Notes: generated by a model not told the origin, from the sequence alone. A DNA stretch of 63,012 bases, filler included, from Porpidia crustulata (GCA_964255105.1; 8 parts of 8 records of this genome joined end to end with filler, not necessarily neighbours in it); one strand, 5' to 3'; shown: positions 27,106 to 41,032, numbered from the whole stretch's first letter. Numbers and translations: made by a program.

Positions 27106-28280
27106 TCACCTTGCTGCCTTATTTGCTCTCCTTCCCAGAGAACGTGGTCGAGGGGTGACTACTGCACGGTTGATGTTGGATCGCTTCCGAGTCTTGTAGC
27201 CGCCTTTCGCCTGATATTGTATTAGATATATGTGAAGGCATGGAAGAGATGTGCCAAACTCACCAACTGACCCCAGGGGCTAACTGGTTGTACATTCCCT
27301 TTGGACTTCCCTCTCCCTCCTCCGTGAGGATGATCTGATGCGTTCATAGCCAAACCTCTGACGGTAGGGCGAATGCCCAACCATCTACTTCGACCCGCCT
27401 TTCCAAGCTGGCGGCGATTATAGTTCAGATTACTGGCAATCCCAATCGTCGCACAGGCATCTCTGGCTATTCTGCGAACCTCGCCACTTTTTAATCTGAC
27501 GTCCACATACCGTGCTGTCTTTGCGTTTTCATCGTTTTTGCTTACCACCATTGCGAACGTACCCGCACTTCTGCACAGCTGTGCATTACCACCCTTTTTT
27601 AACCCAACATTGTAGACGATCGTACCCGTCGGTATCATGTGAAGGGGCAGACAGTTTCCTCTCCACGCAGTTTTTGCAGCTATCATTCCCGCATCTGTAG
27701 CTCCACCAAGACTGTCCAACAAGGCCTGTGGTATCCCTTTTCGATAGCTCTCCACCTTCTCGCCGGCCCGCATGCCCTGTGGGGCAATGATGTAGCTTTT
27801 GGCTCCAGTCACTCCATTAGAGACTAAGGCGATGTGAGCAGTTCGTCCAGGATCGTGCTCTATTCGCTCCACCGTATGCTGGCCACTTTCCATGCGACTG
27901 AAGTCAACCGTCCGGATTCTTCGTTTGTGACCTCCACCACGATGCCTCACCATGATCCTTCCCGAATTATTACGACCTCCTATATGTTGCCCTTTTCTCG
28001 GAAACGTCAATGGAAGGTGTGGACGGCCCTTCCATAGATGGTCGTTAATGGGCCGCTTGAGATGACGTACACCTGGCGTGCGGGGTTTATAAGATCTCAA
28101 AGCAAAGGCTGGTCCATCGTCAAGATGCCTTGGGTCAAAGGTAGTCCCGACATTCTGGTTGATAGCTGTTGCTGGGTCTGGGGGAGGCACAACTTCGGTT
28201 GCGTATGTTCGACAAGAAAGGGAAATGAGACAGTGCCATCGCCGCCGAGGCTGGCGGAAGAATATCCGCGGTTGCAGCAT
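27106..28280 (-). CDS. RML2: Mitochondrial ribosomal protein uL2m; intron 27211-27263
   Basis: GGRNNSGRIMVRHRGGGHKRR, IEHDPGRTAHIAL, RPTVRGLAMNASDHPHGGGRG and an Arg-rich presequence. Start codon choice is inferred. Confidence 0.95.
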
Positions 28281-28709
28281 ACGAAAGATCATAAGACGCT
28301 GATACAGGCAGTCTCCAAGCACCTTGGATATGACCTCTTGAATTAGCAATATCCTAGTGATTAATCTAAGTTACCGTAGGTAGGCGACATGGGATTGAGG
28401 TAGGGCTGGAATTCGCGATGACAATCCCTGTCCATCTCTGTTGCTATGCACACCGCAGGCTCGCGAGAACTCCAGATTGTATATCGTTCTCGCACCATCA
28501 CTTCCCAACGCAACACCGTCTTCATGATACTTAACATCGTACCCTATCAATCCTAATTGCTCGTATATGATCCTGCAAATTCATCCGCGTTGATCTGTAA
28601 TTACTTTACATCCATTGCAAAATCAAACAGTTGATTAAAAGTGCTACCAGAAAACGCCAATCTTCTCTAGCGGCAAACAAGCAACACGGGCGAGGGACGT
28701 GATTTTGCC

Positions 28710-28716
28710 TGTTTAC
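28710..28716 (-). promoter_or_regulatory. Forkhead consensus site GTAAACA upstream of cyclin B
   Basis: TGTTTAC on + strand in the RML2/cyclin B divergent region; forkhead factors regulate G2/M genes in yeasts. Short motif, so chance occurrence is possible. Confidence 0.35.
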
Positions 28717-29140
28717 GCTCCCACCTCGAGCACCGTTACCAACCTTCCCCCACCACTATAACACATTTCCAGTATACTTTCACTGCAGAACTTGAGGAGT
28801 ATTACCTGCCAAAGCTTGTGTAAGACTCGATCCTTCTCATCTTACATCCTTCCACGTTTCATCACCAATATTGAATAGCGTTGTAATTATATCTTACCCT
28901 CAAAGGTACTTGCACCGTATTCAATTCAATAATCCCTACTTGGAGCTGCAGAAGTTTTCTAGTTTTGTGAACGTGACGCTGACAATGTTCGAATAGTCAC
29001 AGCTGGTCATCCTGTATATCGCCCCCCAGTTGTAGATCCAAGCCCTCTTCACGTCGTCAAACGACATCAAACCATTCTTGATACATTGTCGGGAGTAATC
29101 AGACAGCATAGCAAAGGTCAAATAGCACAAGGCACTCAAT

Positions 29141-30875
29141 ATGCCACCGGTATGTCACCATAATCAGGACTTGGGGCTTGTGTAAAGCAGTATTCAGGCT
29201 TGCTGCTTTCTTTGTACCATCTGATACTAATAGAAGACAACAGGCTCGATCAGTGCGCCAGCGCGCTGTAAACAATGAGAACGACGAAAATAGTGGCACT
29301 ACACGTTTGACGAGGGCTAAAGCCGCGGCATTAGCCGTGCCAGATGATGTGGCCGCCGGTATCGTTAAGAAAGCCTTAGCATCGAAGAAGTCAAATACCA
29401 ACGTATCCACGACAAACACTCTACTTGGCCAACGGAAACGCGCTGCGCTAGGTGATGTGAGTAATGTCACCAAAAATGAGATCGTGGATCCCAAGGATGG
29501 AAAGAAATCTTTGAGTGGAAAAGCAGGGCTTGTCTCCAAAGCAACTCAAAACGCCGGTGTCCAAAAGCTATCTCGTACAACCTCCACACGCTCAATTTTA
29601 GGTGCGAAGGATAACAATAAGAAGAGCGGATCTGCTGAGCTGAAGCGACCTGCAAGTGGATCTGGCGTGATGGGTGGGGCTGTCAAGAAGAGAAACACAA
29701 GTTCAGTCGGAAGCCAGCAGTCAGCCAAAGAAAACACGCCTCATTCTGAGATTGAGGCTACCAAAAAGAAGACTACAACCGTGACGGAGGTCGAGAATCG
29801 TGTCATTGTTGAGACCAGGGAAGAGTTCGTCCTCGAGGATGGTGCGCAAGAACAAAATGTCAAGGAAGCCTTTCAAGCAGGTGTGGCGGACTTGGATGCT
29901 GAAGACTATGACGATCCCCTCATGGTTGCAGAATACGTGGTTGAGATTTTCGATTACCTCAAGGTTCTAGAAGAAGCAACGATGCCAAACCCTGACTATA
30001 TGGAGCACCAAGACCATTTGGAGTGGCACTTGCGCGGTGTACTTGTTGATTGGCTAGTGGAAGTCCACACTCGATTCCACCTCCTACCAGAGACAATCTT
30101 CCTTGCCATCAACATTATCGACCGCTTCTTGTCTGCCAGAGTTGTGGAATTGGAGAAATTACAGCTGGTTGGTATTACCGCCATGTTCATTGCATCCAAG
30201 TACGAGGAAGTGCTCTCGCCTCACGTCCAGAATTTCAAGCATGTGGCAGATGATGGCTTCTCGGAAGAAGAGATCCTAAAAGCTGAACGATTTGTCCTAT
30301 CTGCACTAAACTACGACCTAAGCTACCCGAATCCGATGAACTTCCTGCGAAGAATATCAAAGGCCGACAACTACGACATCCAGACGCGAACGCTCGGCAA
30401 GTATCTCTTAGAGATAAGCTTGCTTGATCATAAATTCATGAGATTCCATCCAAGCCATATTGCTGCGGCTTCAATGTACTTAGCCCGGCTGGTCCTTGAC
30501 AGAGGTGAATGGGTGAGTAACCTGATCATTGCAACTGCTATAAAAGCACTAACAGCCGCAATAGGATGCCACCCTTACGCACTACGCGGGCTATGCAGAA
30601 GAAGAAATTCAACCGGTATTCAAGCTGATGGTTGACTACCTTCGCCGCCCTGTCGCCCATGAAGCTTTCTTCAAGAAATATGCAAGCAAGAAATTCCTCA
30701 AAGGTAATTGTCATTAGCACAAAAAATCAGCGGGATTGTACTGACCTGTTATTAAGCTTCGATCTTGACCCGTCAATGGGCGAAGAAGAACCAACATCTC
30801 TACCTCGCGGACAACGTCCTATCAACCCAAGATGCCAACGTTTCTTTCCAGTCTCAAGATGGCAAGGGCCGATAG
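29141..30875 (+). CDS. nimE: G2/M B-type cyclin; exons 29141-29149, 29244-30512, 30565-30703, 30757-30875
   Basis: Destruction box RAALGDVSN, cyclin box LRGVLVDWLVEVH...KLQLVGITAMFIASKYEE, C-terminal FFKKYASKKFLKAS. Confidence 0.96.
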
Positions 30876-31607
30876 TCCGCCTGGCCCCTGGCAAACCTCT
30901 ACTTACCCACGTCGACGACATAAATGGCCTTCCACAGGTTCCCCTTCGTATTACTTAGACGTAAAGCATGGAGTCTCAAACCAGAAAGGTGCACATACAC
31001 CTGCCTTCCGATTCCGAAAATCCACACGCCCCTATCGACGTTACCTTGATCTTTCACAAGTCCATTCCAATCCCGGAGTTCCGGGCCCCACGAGTATGTT
31101 TTATCCATCTATTGGCGTCAAGGAGGGCCGGTTCTTGGCGTAGCACTCCCTCCCAGCATTATTATCGGTGGTAATGACGACACACACACAGGCACGGCAC
31201 GGAAGGGAGATTGAAGTATCTATTTTTAGCCCCCCATCGGGGCAAGCCTGCTCGTATATCGGGCTCTGAGCTTGAACGTTCGGCGGCTCCATAGATGGGG
31301 GTTTTCCCTGGTTTTGCCGGTGGTTGGAGAGGTTGGTAGCGTTTTTTTTGCTTGACCGGGTTGGATGTGTGTCCATAGCTTTGCGCAACGAAAACGCTCT
31401 CCATCGCATTCTTTTCCACATGCTCTCGAGGCGATTTTCGTGTCGTCGCCAGGAACCAGCAGAAAACCATCTCGTCGTTCGTTTCTCATCTTTGAGAATG
31501 GTTCATGNNNNNNNNNNNNNNNNNNNNNNNNNNNNNNNNNNNNNNNNNNNNTTAATTAATTAANNNNNNNNNNNNNNNNNNNNNNNNNNNNNNNNNNNNN
31601 NNNNNNN

Positions 31608-31616
31608 CCCCCCCCG

Positions 31617-31662
<46 letters not shown>
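31608..31662. repeat. Near-perfect poly-C run at contig end, probably a sequencing artefact
   Basis: About 55 nt of C with one G directly at the contig terminus. Confidence 0.7.
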
Positions 31663-31778
31663 ACATGGACGTAAAGGGGCGCCTGTGTGGATGACTCTGC
31701 GGTTGCGAGAGATTCTTTTTCGAAATCATCGAGTTTAGTTAACTCGATGGGTCTTTCGTTAAACGGAGGATTCGACAT
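31663..31778 (-). CDS. Possible 5' fragment of a gene running off the contig (MSNPPFNERPIEL...)
   Basis: ATG in ACCATG context, pyrimidine-rich leader and TATATATA at about 31937-31945; product not identifiable. Confidence 0.35.
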
Positions 31779-32462
31779 GGTGATCGGAGTGAAACGTGTT
31801 AAGTGTAGTATAGAAAGAGATGAGGTAAAGTGGAAAATGGATCGTACTGTTGTTCTGCAACAGTGCTGAGATGTAGATAAGAAGATATGCTGAAAGTATG
31901 CCTTTCGTAGGGATTGCAAATGTTTGGAGTTAAGATATATATATAGCGGATTAGCAAAAGGATAGGAACGTTCGCATTTGTTCAACAGTACACAGGGAAA
32001 AAGTGCCAGATCATATACACAGAAAATAGAACGAAGCTTGAGAATGGAAGAAAGGGGGGCTAAAGTACCCCAATGAACCTGATGAAATTCCGAATTGCCT
32101 CTTAGTATTTACCTACCTGGCTATGAATCACAGTCTCTAACATGGGAGCTAATCCTTTACCTACCAAGGTAAATAATCGCCGAGCTAGGCCAAATTATTG
32201 CCCATCTAGCCGTATAGATCTACCTTACAAACTAGAATGTACGAATTATAGACCGAACAGTGGCCAGTCCCGACCAAATTGAATAATAAAACTATACATA
32301 CAACATATGAATCACCACGGTCCCATGGAAACAGTGTGAAGTTTCCCTGGATCCAATGGGTCCGAAATGACGAATTTACCCGCAAGTGAACCTCCACGCG
32401 GAATGAACGGCAAGCCCCATCCATATTCTTTTCCAGCCCATACCTCTTCACCCTACCTACTG

Positions 32463-33459
32463 TCACAACTTCACAAACTCCTCCAAAGTCTGCGGCTTCA
32501 CCTCGGGATATCGAGAATTAGCCAGATCCTCGCCGAGACGAGTCACGTCGCTATTCATCCAATAGGAGTAAAATCTTATCACCAAAGTTAGCCTCTCTCT
32601 CGTCCACCTTTACGCTAATGAAAACCAATGACCTACAGTTGAGCGTTCGGCCAACCGGTCTCTCCCTTTTCCTGAGCCGCGTCAATCAGCTGACGGAGCT
32701 CCGATAGGGTGCCCATGGGCTTCAGGGTTGGTTCGTTGCCGGTTTGTTTGGCGTAGATTTTGGCGGCTTCTTTGAAGCTGACGCGGTCGCCGAGGACTGC
32801 ATGGATGGGTTAGTGTCTTGGATGTGATGATATGCCTGAGAAGTAATGTACGTGCCTTTGATCACGCCGGAAGCGGTGGGATCCATGGCGATGGCAGCCG
32901 TATACTCGGCGCAGGTCTCATAGGAAGTGACATCCCACTTCTCATCTCCAGTTCCCCAGTATCCGACCTCGTTCTGCGAAAACGCCATTTTGAACAGTTG
33001 CATAAAGCCTCCGTTCAAGATGTGAACCCCTTTGATGGGTTTGGTCTCCAGGTAGGCCTTGATCTGAATCATGGGATCTTTCGGCGGTAGGTCGCCTAGC
33101 TTCAGCTTGGTGAAATCTAACGCCCAATCCGAGGCGATATAACGAGGGACCTTCTCCGCAATGGCGGCGTCGATCAAGGTCTTCTGGCCGTCGACCATGA
33201 AGTCGTTTGGGCCCAAGTAAGCGCAGATGACCACGTCGCTGCCTTTGACGGCTTTTCGAGCGGCGTTGAAGTCGTCGCTGGAGCCTTGTGTGATATTGAC
33301 ACGTGGGTTGGAAGTGATTTCTTTGGATAGTTTGGACGGGTCACGGCAGAACCCTTGAATGTTGGCTTTGGGATAACCTAGGACGGCCTTTGTGATCAAT
33401 TGCCCCAGCTTGCCTGTAAGGCCGGCAATGGTGACGGTGGAGACGGTTGATGTAGACAT
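32463..33459 (-). CDS. NmrA-like/isoflavone-reductase-like NAD(P)-binding protein; exons 33459-32856, 32796-32637, 32574-32463
   Basis: Rossmann motif IAGLTGKLG, VVICAYLG, GQKTLIDAA, RYIASDW, YWGTGDEKW and spliced C-terminus NSRYPEVKPQTLEEF. First intron is GC-AG. Confidence 0.88.
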
Positions 33460-34530
33460 TTCACTGACTGTAATGATAATATGAAGACTTTAAAATTGAT
33501 CTCTTCATACTCTACCCTGGGATCAATCCATTCTTATATCCGCAAACATTCGCTCATGCCGCCGTTCGTCCGACGCAGCTTCGGCTCATCCGTCGCTGGA
33601 TTTCTTCGTCCGACGAGACGAAGATGAGCAATCGCTAGGTCGCCACTGCGGACTACTGACCTTAGCACGGACTATCATCAATGATTGTGTCGCTGTCGGA
33701 CGAGATGCAAAGGACAGCTAAATCGCTAACTCATGCGTCGGTCTCGGGTTTTCAACGAATGTTCGCGTAACCATTCGGGAAATGCAGATAGGGCTGAAAG
33801 TCATCATCGTGCATCAAACCACCAAACCTTTTTTTTTCGTATTCAATACCTCATTCTCACTGACGCACCTACGTAATTAACCAATCGTATCTCCTCAAAC
33901 ATTAATTCTCTCGAAGAAAAGGCGAGTTAAGAAGAACGACACAACATCACAGACATTTATTGGGAAGCAAGAGCAAGCGAGCCTTGAACGGCCGATTCGA
34001 TTATATGTACAAGCACCCGCTTCCCACGCCCGACACCGCAGCTCTGTTGCCCAGCGCATAGTCCCAACCCCTGGAGCTCTATGGTACAGAAAAAAGACAC
34101 ACGGACCGCCACCATCTCAGTCATGTCCCGCCGTAATCCAAGAGCAGCTTGATAGGAACGCGCGCCAAAGCAACCAGGACAAGCCGAAAAGGACCGCTGC
34201 CCGAAACCCAGTAGCGCTCGGATCTGACGTGTTACCAAAGGAGGCGGACAGGCACGGGAATTTGAACAACAGACTTATATAAGCGGACAAGGTATCTCAC
34301 AAAAGCAAATAGTAGGTATTAGATTTCTCAAGTAAAAAGAACTGTAGGAGAGGTATGAGCGAGCAGGAGCCAGCCTTGGCCCGTCCACTTGCGCAAACGC
34401 AAATGCTGAATGAAGGATCGTGTATGTACGTGCTGAACTGTTGGGAGTGGAGGAAGTGGTATCTTTCAAAGGCAGAACGGGTGAGGAAAAGTCGTAACAT
34501 CATCAGGTCGAGAGAGGGAAAGGAGGAGGA

Positions 34531-37260
34531 TCAGTAGGCAGCTTCCATTTCCAGGGGTTCTATGCCTTGGGAGGACATGGTTGGGGTGCTGACGCTGGTT
34601 CCCGATGCAACGGCTTCTTCGTAGCCGACGAGCGCTTGAGCGTGAAGTTTGAAAGACTCTCCCATAAGCTTGGTGATTCTAGAGATAGTCAGTATTCATG
34701 TTCAAATGTAGTAGGAAATTCCGAACTCACCCCCACACAACCACTTCGTCAAGCATACTTCCCCACAACCGAGCGACTGTCGAACTGAGCTTAGAGCCAT
34801 ACATTGAGCCATACGCGTCGACAGAATCATCGTCGAAGAGGTTCCTGATTTTATTGTACATGGCAAGCTCCTCTTCGGTGGCCGGTTCTTCATCGTGCTC
34901 CAATCTGTATAGCCAAAGACTGAGGATGACCATGAGGTCAAGACCGCACAGGGGATGCTCAACACTCCAATTCGTAGCGCACGTTCTACCAACCCATTTG
35001 ATGCCCTGCAGTGCAACAATCTCAATGCAATTGAAGCACTCTTGAATAACTTTGATCATCTCTTGCGATCTCTTGACCTTATCCCTCGCCGTGCTCATCG
35101 CAGCAGCGACCTCATAGGAGTCATGGTATCGGAGCGCCTCTTGGATGGACTTCAAGTCGACTTCCAGCCTCGCGCGAGTATTGCGGTACACAGCCATAGC
35201 GTTGAAGATCAAGGGATGACCTTTGTGGGGTGCGCTCAGCTGCACTACTATTGTCTCTGGTTCGCACAGCTCGAGTGACTGTTCCCATGTCTCAAGGGCC
35301 AAGCGCAATTTATACTCCGTGACAACATCCTGTAGTGCTTCAAAGCTGCGCTTATGATACCAGACCTCAAGGAACAGGGCGTTGATCATGACTCTAGTCG
35401 CGAAAGCACTATATCGAATCGCTTCACCTTGGAAAAGCGAATCGTGGGCTTGTCGGACGGTTATAATGGTCGAAGCCGTCAAGCTTTCACGCCATGACTC
35501 TTCATCGGTAATCTCAAGGTTCCATAGAGACTCCGATGACGGAAGTTCCAAAGAGTCAAACTCGTTGAAGCTTATCGCTGGGGTGTGATTGTATGTCAAC
35601 GTAAGCATGCCAAAGAAGATGTAAACAGCGTAATAAGTACGCCTGCAGCCTTCGTCCTCTACCCACTCTTGATGATCAGGTTGGGCGCCTTCTCTTGCTT
35701 CCGATCGGTTCTTTAATTCGTATCGATTACCAGCCACCATCTGCATACCCATCAGTACCTTATAGTATAATTCTATTGGACGACTTACATTTGCGAGGAG
35801 ACTCTTGATCGAACACGCCCACTCAAGTCCTTTAGGGTCGCCACTCCAACTTGCAAAAATCATGTTCAACAGTGTGCTCTGCATCGTCCATAGCGGACAT
35901 TTGCGTGAACTGAAACTTTCCTTGTTTTGTAAGAATTGATTGACCAGTGCTTTCGATCCGATATGAAGCATGAATGCCTTTTCTTGGTTAAAGCTGTAGA
36001 GTGCTCCGATCGACAGCACGCTCAGAAGGAGCGCCGGCGACACCTGACTAGGACTGAACGACTCGGGATGAAGGAAAGGTAAATGATGGTGGAAAAGATT
36101 AAAGTATGATGAGAGATATGCATTAATGTCAGCACGTGTTTGTAGTTGGAAGTTGGTGGCTGTCGTGCGGTCGTTGTCGCATTTCCTCATATTCTCCTGC
36201 AGGGCATTGTACTCCTCGTCGGTCTGGACTTGTGGCGCCTTTGGGGTCGTGAGAGCTTGACTAGGCCCAGGTGAGCGTCGATAATCTACTGGTGATACCG
36301 GTCCGGTCATGAAAGGATAAGGCGAGAGTCCGTTCGGTGTGGCTGGTCCGGAGATCGGCATGGAATTTGTCAACGACTGCAATGCAGGAGCAAGCGCATC
36401 ACCAGCGGACGGATATCTTTCCATCATCGGCGGCAGTTGATTGGGATGGGGTTGGACGGTGCTGGCGCTAGCGAAGGAGAGCTGTGAAACTTGAGAATCT
36501 TGCGAGCCAGAAAGGCTGGAGGAGATTGAATGAGCTTTGGGTTCAATTACCGATTGAGACATGAAATTTTCCCACGGCATCTGCGGCAACGGCAATGCGC
36601 TCGAGAGATACGGAACCGACGAGTCAAACATGGTGGTATGATCGGGGGAATAGGGCGTCGCCGACTCGTCAACCTCGTCTTGGTTGGCCATGGCGGCAGT
36701 AGCTTTGTGATGAAGGTCGGTCATCAACATCGCAGCAGTCTCGAGATCAACCATACCATCACTGCTTGCCTCTATTTGTTCCATCGTTGCCGTGTCCAAC
36801 TCGAGGGGCCGTTTGGCAGAACCAGCCGGTCGGGGTGCCGGCTTTGCGCCTGGTCGCCGCTTGACCTCGCTGTGTAGCGGGACACCTCCATCTTTGGCGT
36901 GCACGGTGCGATCGTGACGGAGAAGGAGATCTCGTCGGACAAAGGTACTGCGGCACTTGAGACATTTGAACGGTCGCTCTTTGGTGTCTGCGCAACGATA
37001 GAAATTAGTTTGGTTGCCAAAGTAATCTCACGACCCCACCATGACCCATCATCAACCCCTCGAACCCCACGATTAAGGTAAACTACTCTAAAAGCGCGGA
37101 GAAACTTACGCGATCTTTCATGTCTACTCCGGTGTTCACTCCGACTGAATGCTCGATTGCAGAACTGGCATTTGTACTTCTTTTCCGGCACCACGGATGC
37201 TTTTCGAGCGGGTGTGGGTGCGGAGACGGTCGGACTGGTGGCAGTCGCAGCAGCAGGCAT
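34531..37260 (-). CDS. C2H2 zinc-finger + fungal-specific TF domain transcription factor (Klf1/AmdX-like architecture); introns 36988-37109, 35741-35788, 34679-34730
   Basis: YKCQFCNRAFSRSEHRSRHERSHTKERPFKCLKCRSTFVRRDLLLRHDRTVH after splicing; YFNLFHHHLPFLH; EGCRRTYYAVY. Confidence 0.93.
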
Positions 37261-39497
37261 GTTAAAAGATTCGGATCAAGGTCGTGTGATCAGATGGTGT
37301 CTCTGTAAAGAAGAGTATCTGGTCGAAATGCGAGGTTGACGATGGTTTGAATAGATTCCAGAAATGTTCCTCGTTCATGCCTAGTTGTCGGTGTAGGAAT
37401 TCTGGGGCAAAAGGGTAAAGTGGTGCTATTCGTACTGGGCAGCTACCGTTAGTGCTCGCGTAAGGTAATTAATCCCCGCTGCAGATGTCGTCCGAGGTCT
37501 GCGAGTTCTCTCGTTGAATGTATTCGCGTTTGGTTGGAGGAATGATTTATTTGATGGTCTTGGTGTTTATTTTGGATAGATGTTTATCGCATCGATGCTA
37601 CTTTGGAGAGGCAGATATTGGGGATATTTTGGAGGGGTCAGATTATTATTTCATCACAAAAGGGGCTTCCCCCGCGATATGCCAATATCCCTCTTGCCCT
37701 CTTAATCCCTCTTGGTGCTGAAATTCACCTGTGGCTGCTTTTAGAGCCGCTCCCTGATCTCATCCTTCCACTACACTATCTCCTAGCTTATGTCCGTATT
37801 TTACAGAAACTTGAGAAATAATAGATGATGATTATTCGATAACAAAAACGATTAGAAAAGAATAAGAGTTCCATAGTGTCAACGTTCATGTCAGACGGTA
37901 AGATTCCATTTCACCGTGTCCATGCGATCAGATCTGTCGACTGTAGAGCAGAACACGAGCATCTATACCAAGTCTGGAGGAACGGTAAATTCTTCTGCAC
38001 TTGAGAACATCAACCTTACCCGTACTACTCTTCTCGGGCACCTTGAGAGCTTCCAACAAATTTTCTAAAGTTGGATAGAGTTCTGGGGGACCTCGATGAG
38101 GAAATTTGCCTCCATACCCTACACCACGAAGCTTCCGAAGATACCATTTTAACGTTTTGAGAGACAGAATTCAAGTCCCAATAATAGAAAGGAATCGCTG
38201 TATACGATCGTACCAGCCGTGCGAATGTGGCTGATCATGACGGTGGCAACGTCTCCATGGCGATGGCGGCGACGATGCCGACGCACCGAGTCTATCCAAA
38301 AAATACCGTCCGACTGCTGTGCGTGCACGGTCATGACTGTCACTGTGCACACAACCGTAAGGGCTTGAGCCACACCCAGTACCACATTTTGCAACGCCGC
38401 TTTTCGAAGCTGAAGGTCGCCCACTAGGGCATAGTGGTGATGTATCCATACCGCTGCGTTACCCTTAGCTTGTCCTTACCTCGACGAATGTCTCTCTTCC
38501 AGCCCCCTCGATCTGACCCTCTTGCCCCCCAATTTTCTCCCATGCGTAGTATTTATTTTACCTCATCCGTCAACCGTGGCACAAACATGGGACGGATCTT
38601 TCCCTCCCGATACCACTGCCAAAGACATAGATTATCGACTTGATCGTCACTGCCTGCCTATCACATCGTCACTACCCATTCACAACCTGATTTCCTACCG
38701 TGGGGAATGATTGCGATCATCATCGACTCTTACGTTAGAGGACACGTAGTATCGCTGGAAGCCCGATTGGTACGTGTTAGCAAAGGGACCATCCCGACGT
38801 CCGCCCGACTTCCCCGGATCCAGCGCTGTTAAGTCTACCACTAGAGCACTCTAGCTGCTTCATCGCCCCTGTCTGTCGCGTGGCCGGTTGGACCTCAGAA
38901 GTTTGATCGCGTTGGTTATCAACAAAGGAATGGCTAGTTTGTCGTATTCCACTAGAGTCGTAGTCCAGGTCCGAATGCTTAAAGTGACTCGTACATTTTT
39001 GTGATTCCGTTAGGCATACGAAAGGGCCGAAAAGCAGAAAGCCGTTAGATCCGGCATCTCCAAATCCAGCGCTTTGGTGCTTCCGTTACCGCGATGCAGA
39101 ACCTGCCCAATCAGATCGCGTGCGACCCACAAACGCAGCGAAAGGGGAGCTGAAAGTGATCGGAGGGGGAAAAGGGGATGATATCTGACAGGCGTCCACA
39201 CACTCCCGGCGATTGGAAATTGGCCGACCAAATCGTCGATAATCGCCTTTTGCAAGACCTGATCTCACTTTTACCATCCACGATTCGTGATCTGCAGGAA
39301 CCCGGACTGGAACATGATATCATGTCTCTCGCACCCGCCCACCTCGCCCAGCTTGCCCCTCCTCTGATGGCCCCGCAGATCTCACCAGCAACCACGCNNN
39401 NNNNNNNNNNNNNNNNNNNNNNNNNNNNNNNNNNNNNNNNNTTAATTAATTAANNNNNNNNNNNNNNNNNNNNNNNNNNNNNNNNNNNNNNNNNNNN

Positions 39498-40009
39498 GGA
39501 CGAGATCGTAGGCGAAGGCGTTGTTGAGGTTGCGCTAGGAGGGTATCAGGATTGGGTGTTTGTGAAGTGAGGATTGATGTGGAGATTGGAGAGCGGATGA
39601 GGTTTTGGAACGATTTTGAGATGGCTGAGTGGGGAAAATACCTGTAATTCAAAAACATCTTGGACCCCGTCGAATTCTTGCTCGAATCTGCAAATTTACG
39701 GAGCATTGGGTTAGCCAACCGACTGTTTTCTCCTTGAAGCCCTCCATTGTAGATCATTCCAACCGTCGTCGCCTGTGCGAAAAAAATCCCCTCCCTCGGG
39801 CAATTAATAATCACCCAGGGGGCTTCCTACCTCGCAGTAAATTGCTCAAAGGTCTCCTCATGGTCCGATGGCCTTTGCACAGTGCCGCTGAAACTTCGAC
39901 TGCTTCCCACAAATGCTGCTTTAGCCGGTAATCGCGCTGTGCACTGCGATCGGAGCAGGCTCGTGGGCGGCGTACGCGTCGCAAGGCGGAGAAGGGTGAG
40001 GGACGACAT
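39498..40009 (-). CDS. COX6: Cytochrome c oxidase subunit VI (Va family), 3' truncated, two introns visible
   Basis: Presequence, then HEETFEQFTAR / FEQEFDGVQDVFELQ / RNLNNAFAYDLV. Confidence 0.92.
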
Positions 40010-40338
40010 TGGAAGGTGGAGGGTATTGACCAGCGCTTGGTGGAGAGCTTGGGTGGGATTGTGGATGGGGAGAGGTACTGGGGTACTTTGCAATTGCGGC
40101 TCCGGTTGATAGGAGGGTGCGGTACGGCTGACGTAATTCGGCTGTAGGCCTGATGGCACGTATCTATTGTTTACGATTTACTACAATTTTGTAATCAAAT
40201 CCAGTATCGGGAAGATCCTCCGTTCGACTGACAGCTGGTGCATGTGGAAGCTGTAGAACAAATCTGAGAAAACATTTCTAATTCCGCCTACTCTGTCCTC
40301 ACACTTCATCATCTACCCTATGCCAGCTAACGTTCTCT

Positions 40339-41032
40339 TCATCCATTCATTCTTAGCCGCCATAGCCCAAATCGCCAGCTTTGACGCCGGCGATATATAT
40401 CAAAGCCATGATACCGACTAGGCCAGACGTGCAGTTTGGCTTGCAAGCCCGCCGCCCACAGCTTACTCGTATACGTGACCGCCTCGTCACGCATAAACTC
40501 GGCGTTGCCAACGTCAGCCCACGCCGGCGGGAGCCCCTCGAGATTCTTCACACGGACCGGCGCAAATACTCGCTGACCTCGTCGCCTCAAGACAGGCCAG
40601 CGTAGTAGTCGTTGTCGAGCGCAGGCTGGGGGTTCTCGCCCGCTAGGCGGTATTTGACGCTGAGGAGCACGCAGCCCGTAGCCGCAATCCAGTCCAGCGG
40701 CTTCTCGAGTCCGACGAAGCGATGGGGGAAGACCATGCCGGAGCCTTGCATGAAGTATACATACAGTCGTGGCGGTGGGGAACCCTGCTTGGAGGCGGAC
40801 TTGAAGACGGAGAGTGTGACGGGAGGGTCGTCCGGTTATAGGTCAGGAGCATGGTATTCCGTGTGATTTTTTAGGTGGTCGCTAACAAGCTCGGCCATGC
40901 CTGCCAGGGAACCGTAGAAATACGGGTTTTTGTGGACTGTGATTATGATCACATGCGTGATTGGGAAGGGCTTCGCAGCGTCCCACATTGGAGCCAGCTC
41001 GGCGTCGTAAGGAGGGCGGGGGAGATTGCCAT
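40339..41032 (-). pseudogene. Alpha/beta hydrolase (HSL-like esterase, Abhydrolase_3) pseudogene
   Basis: RPPYDAEL is out of frame with the ATG. HGGG is degenerate (MQGSG). SVKYRLAGENP is followed by a stop and joined directly to LEGLPPAWADVG..RDE..LHVW..YHGFD; no GxSxG segment is present. Confidence 0.8.

Noticed and set aside
31608..31662. Poly-Gly ORF or G-quadruplex
   Set aside because: Homopolymer at a contig end, typical of poly-G read artefacts.
37300..39397. Several SYGGRG (CreA-like) hexamers upstream of the C2H2 TF
   Set aside because: Degenerate 6-mer expected frequently by chance; enrichment cannot be shown by eye.
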